Origin: Somniosus microcephalus
Taxonomy: Eukaryota
Direction of reading: 5' to 3'
Assembly: GCA_052327205.1 (NCBI GenBank)
Contig: CM126225.1
Span: forward strand, 6,510,001-6,574,000
DNA: 64,000 nucleotides
Part shown: positions 63,101 through 64,000 of the stretch, one piece after another
Layout: every line of letters begins with the position of its first letter
Numbering within the stretch: the stretch's first letter is position 1
Notes under the pieces: model-generated
Told to the model about the DNA's origin: nothing
Seen by the model: only the letters and a program-made list of their open reading frames with translations
Database searches by the model: none
Translations under genes and position numbers: made by a program

Positions 63101-64000
63101 GCAAAGCAATTCTGAAATGAAACACTACAAATAAATCTTAGACTCGTTCACAAAGTTAATTCTGTCAGCTGATGGATCGAGAGAGCGAGAGAAATATTAC
63201 GGTGAAAAGAGTCCAGAAATCACAAAACTTGAGCAATTTCCCTTCGTGTTTGCATAATGTTGTTGCTCTTTCATGTAGTGGAATGTGATCTGTAGGAGAG
63301 AAAAATTAGTAGATAATTTGATACACATTTCAACATGAACTGAAAGGAATAATATACAAAATATTGTTCAATACAACGGCGCGGTTTCGTTCAGTAGTAC
63401 GGTGTCATCAGCGTCTTTCCAGTTTTAAAATATATTAACCCCAGTCTTTATGTTTTGCTTTCTATAGAAGTCAGTGAACCGCTCGTTAAAGAGAGGCGAA
63501 GGAACAAAGCCTTTAGGAGGGGCTTTTCGCTGGGTGAATCGGCAAGGCATTGTCAGGGTTGTTTTTAAAGCACAGTTACCGTATTTAAAGAAGGGGCTGT
63601 AAATTCTACGGATAGAACAAACAGCCTTTAAGCCTTAACATTTTCATAATATAAGAGCGTATTTCGCCTTTCCGTGGCATAAATTATTTCTGAAAAAATT
63701 ACATATTGCTATAAGCGCCTCTGAACGAACGCAGTGCTACTGAGAATGATTCATGTGTGTTGAGGGCATCGAGTCACATTATTTTTCCATTTTGGTGCTG
63801 GGAGTTATCAATTAATAAAGCCTCAATTGAATCCAGGGTCAGACTTGCAAAGAAATTTACACATCTTTGCTATGGAAGCTAAGCAATATCCAGTTGTGTT
63901 CTAATATCGATTTGCTCCTGCCTTCCCCCTTTCTCTTTTCTCATGAGCCTTTTTTTTGGCAAATGAAGAAAATCGACATCCCGAAGGCCTGTCAATCATA

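Noticed and set aside
51400-64000. HoxB4 or miR-10
   Set aside because: No homeobox ORF or miR-10 sequence seen; both are expected beyond the window end.

Overview
Vertebrate genomic DNA, most likely from a shark or ray judging by its repeat families. It covers the 3' end of a HoxB cluster on the minus strand: HoxB1 (CDS 34302-32570), HoxB2 (44260-42572) and HoxB3 (51076-49079). Each has two coding exons with a phase-1 GT-AG intron between hexapeptide and homeobox. The classic hindbrain cis-regulatory set can be read directly: HoxB1 r4 autoregulatory element, HoxB1 3' DR2 and DR5 RAREs, HoxB2 r4 Hox/Pbx-Meis and r3/r5 Krox20 elements, and a DR5 RARE upstream of HoxB3. Positions 1-19.8 kb are a dense, nested graveyard of CR1/L2 LINEs, Deu-domain and other tRNA-derived SINEs, and MITE-like elements, with two minisatellites born inside SINEs. 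From about 19.8 kb on, the DNA is nearly repeat-free and looks CpG-retaining. Most notable: (i) a 56 x 18-bp array built from a Pol III B-box, sitting at that boundary; (ii) an out-of-frame uORF over the HoxB3 start that resembles the HOXD3 N-terminal extension; (iii) an RBPJ-consensus site inside the HoxB2 r4 enhancer; (iv) a DR5 in the HoxB1 intron. An assembly gap lies at 25713-25878. All family and orthology calls are from visual recognition and recall; no searches were run.
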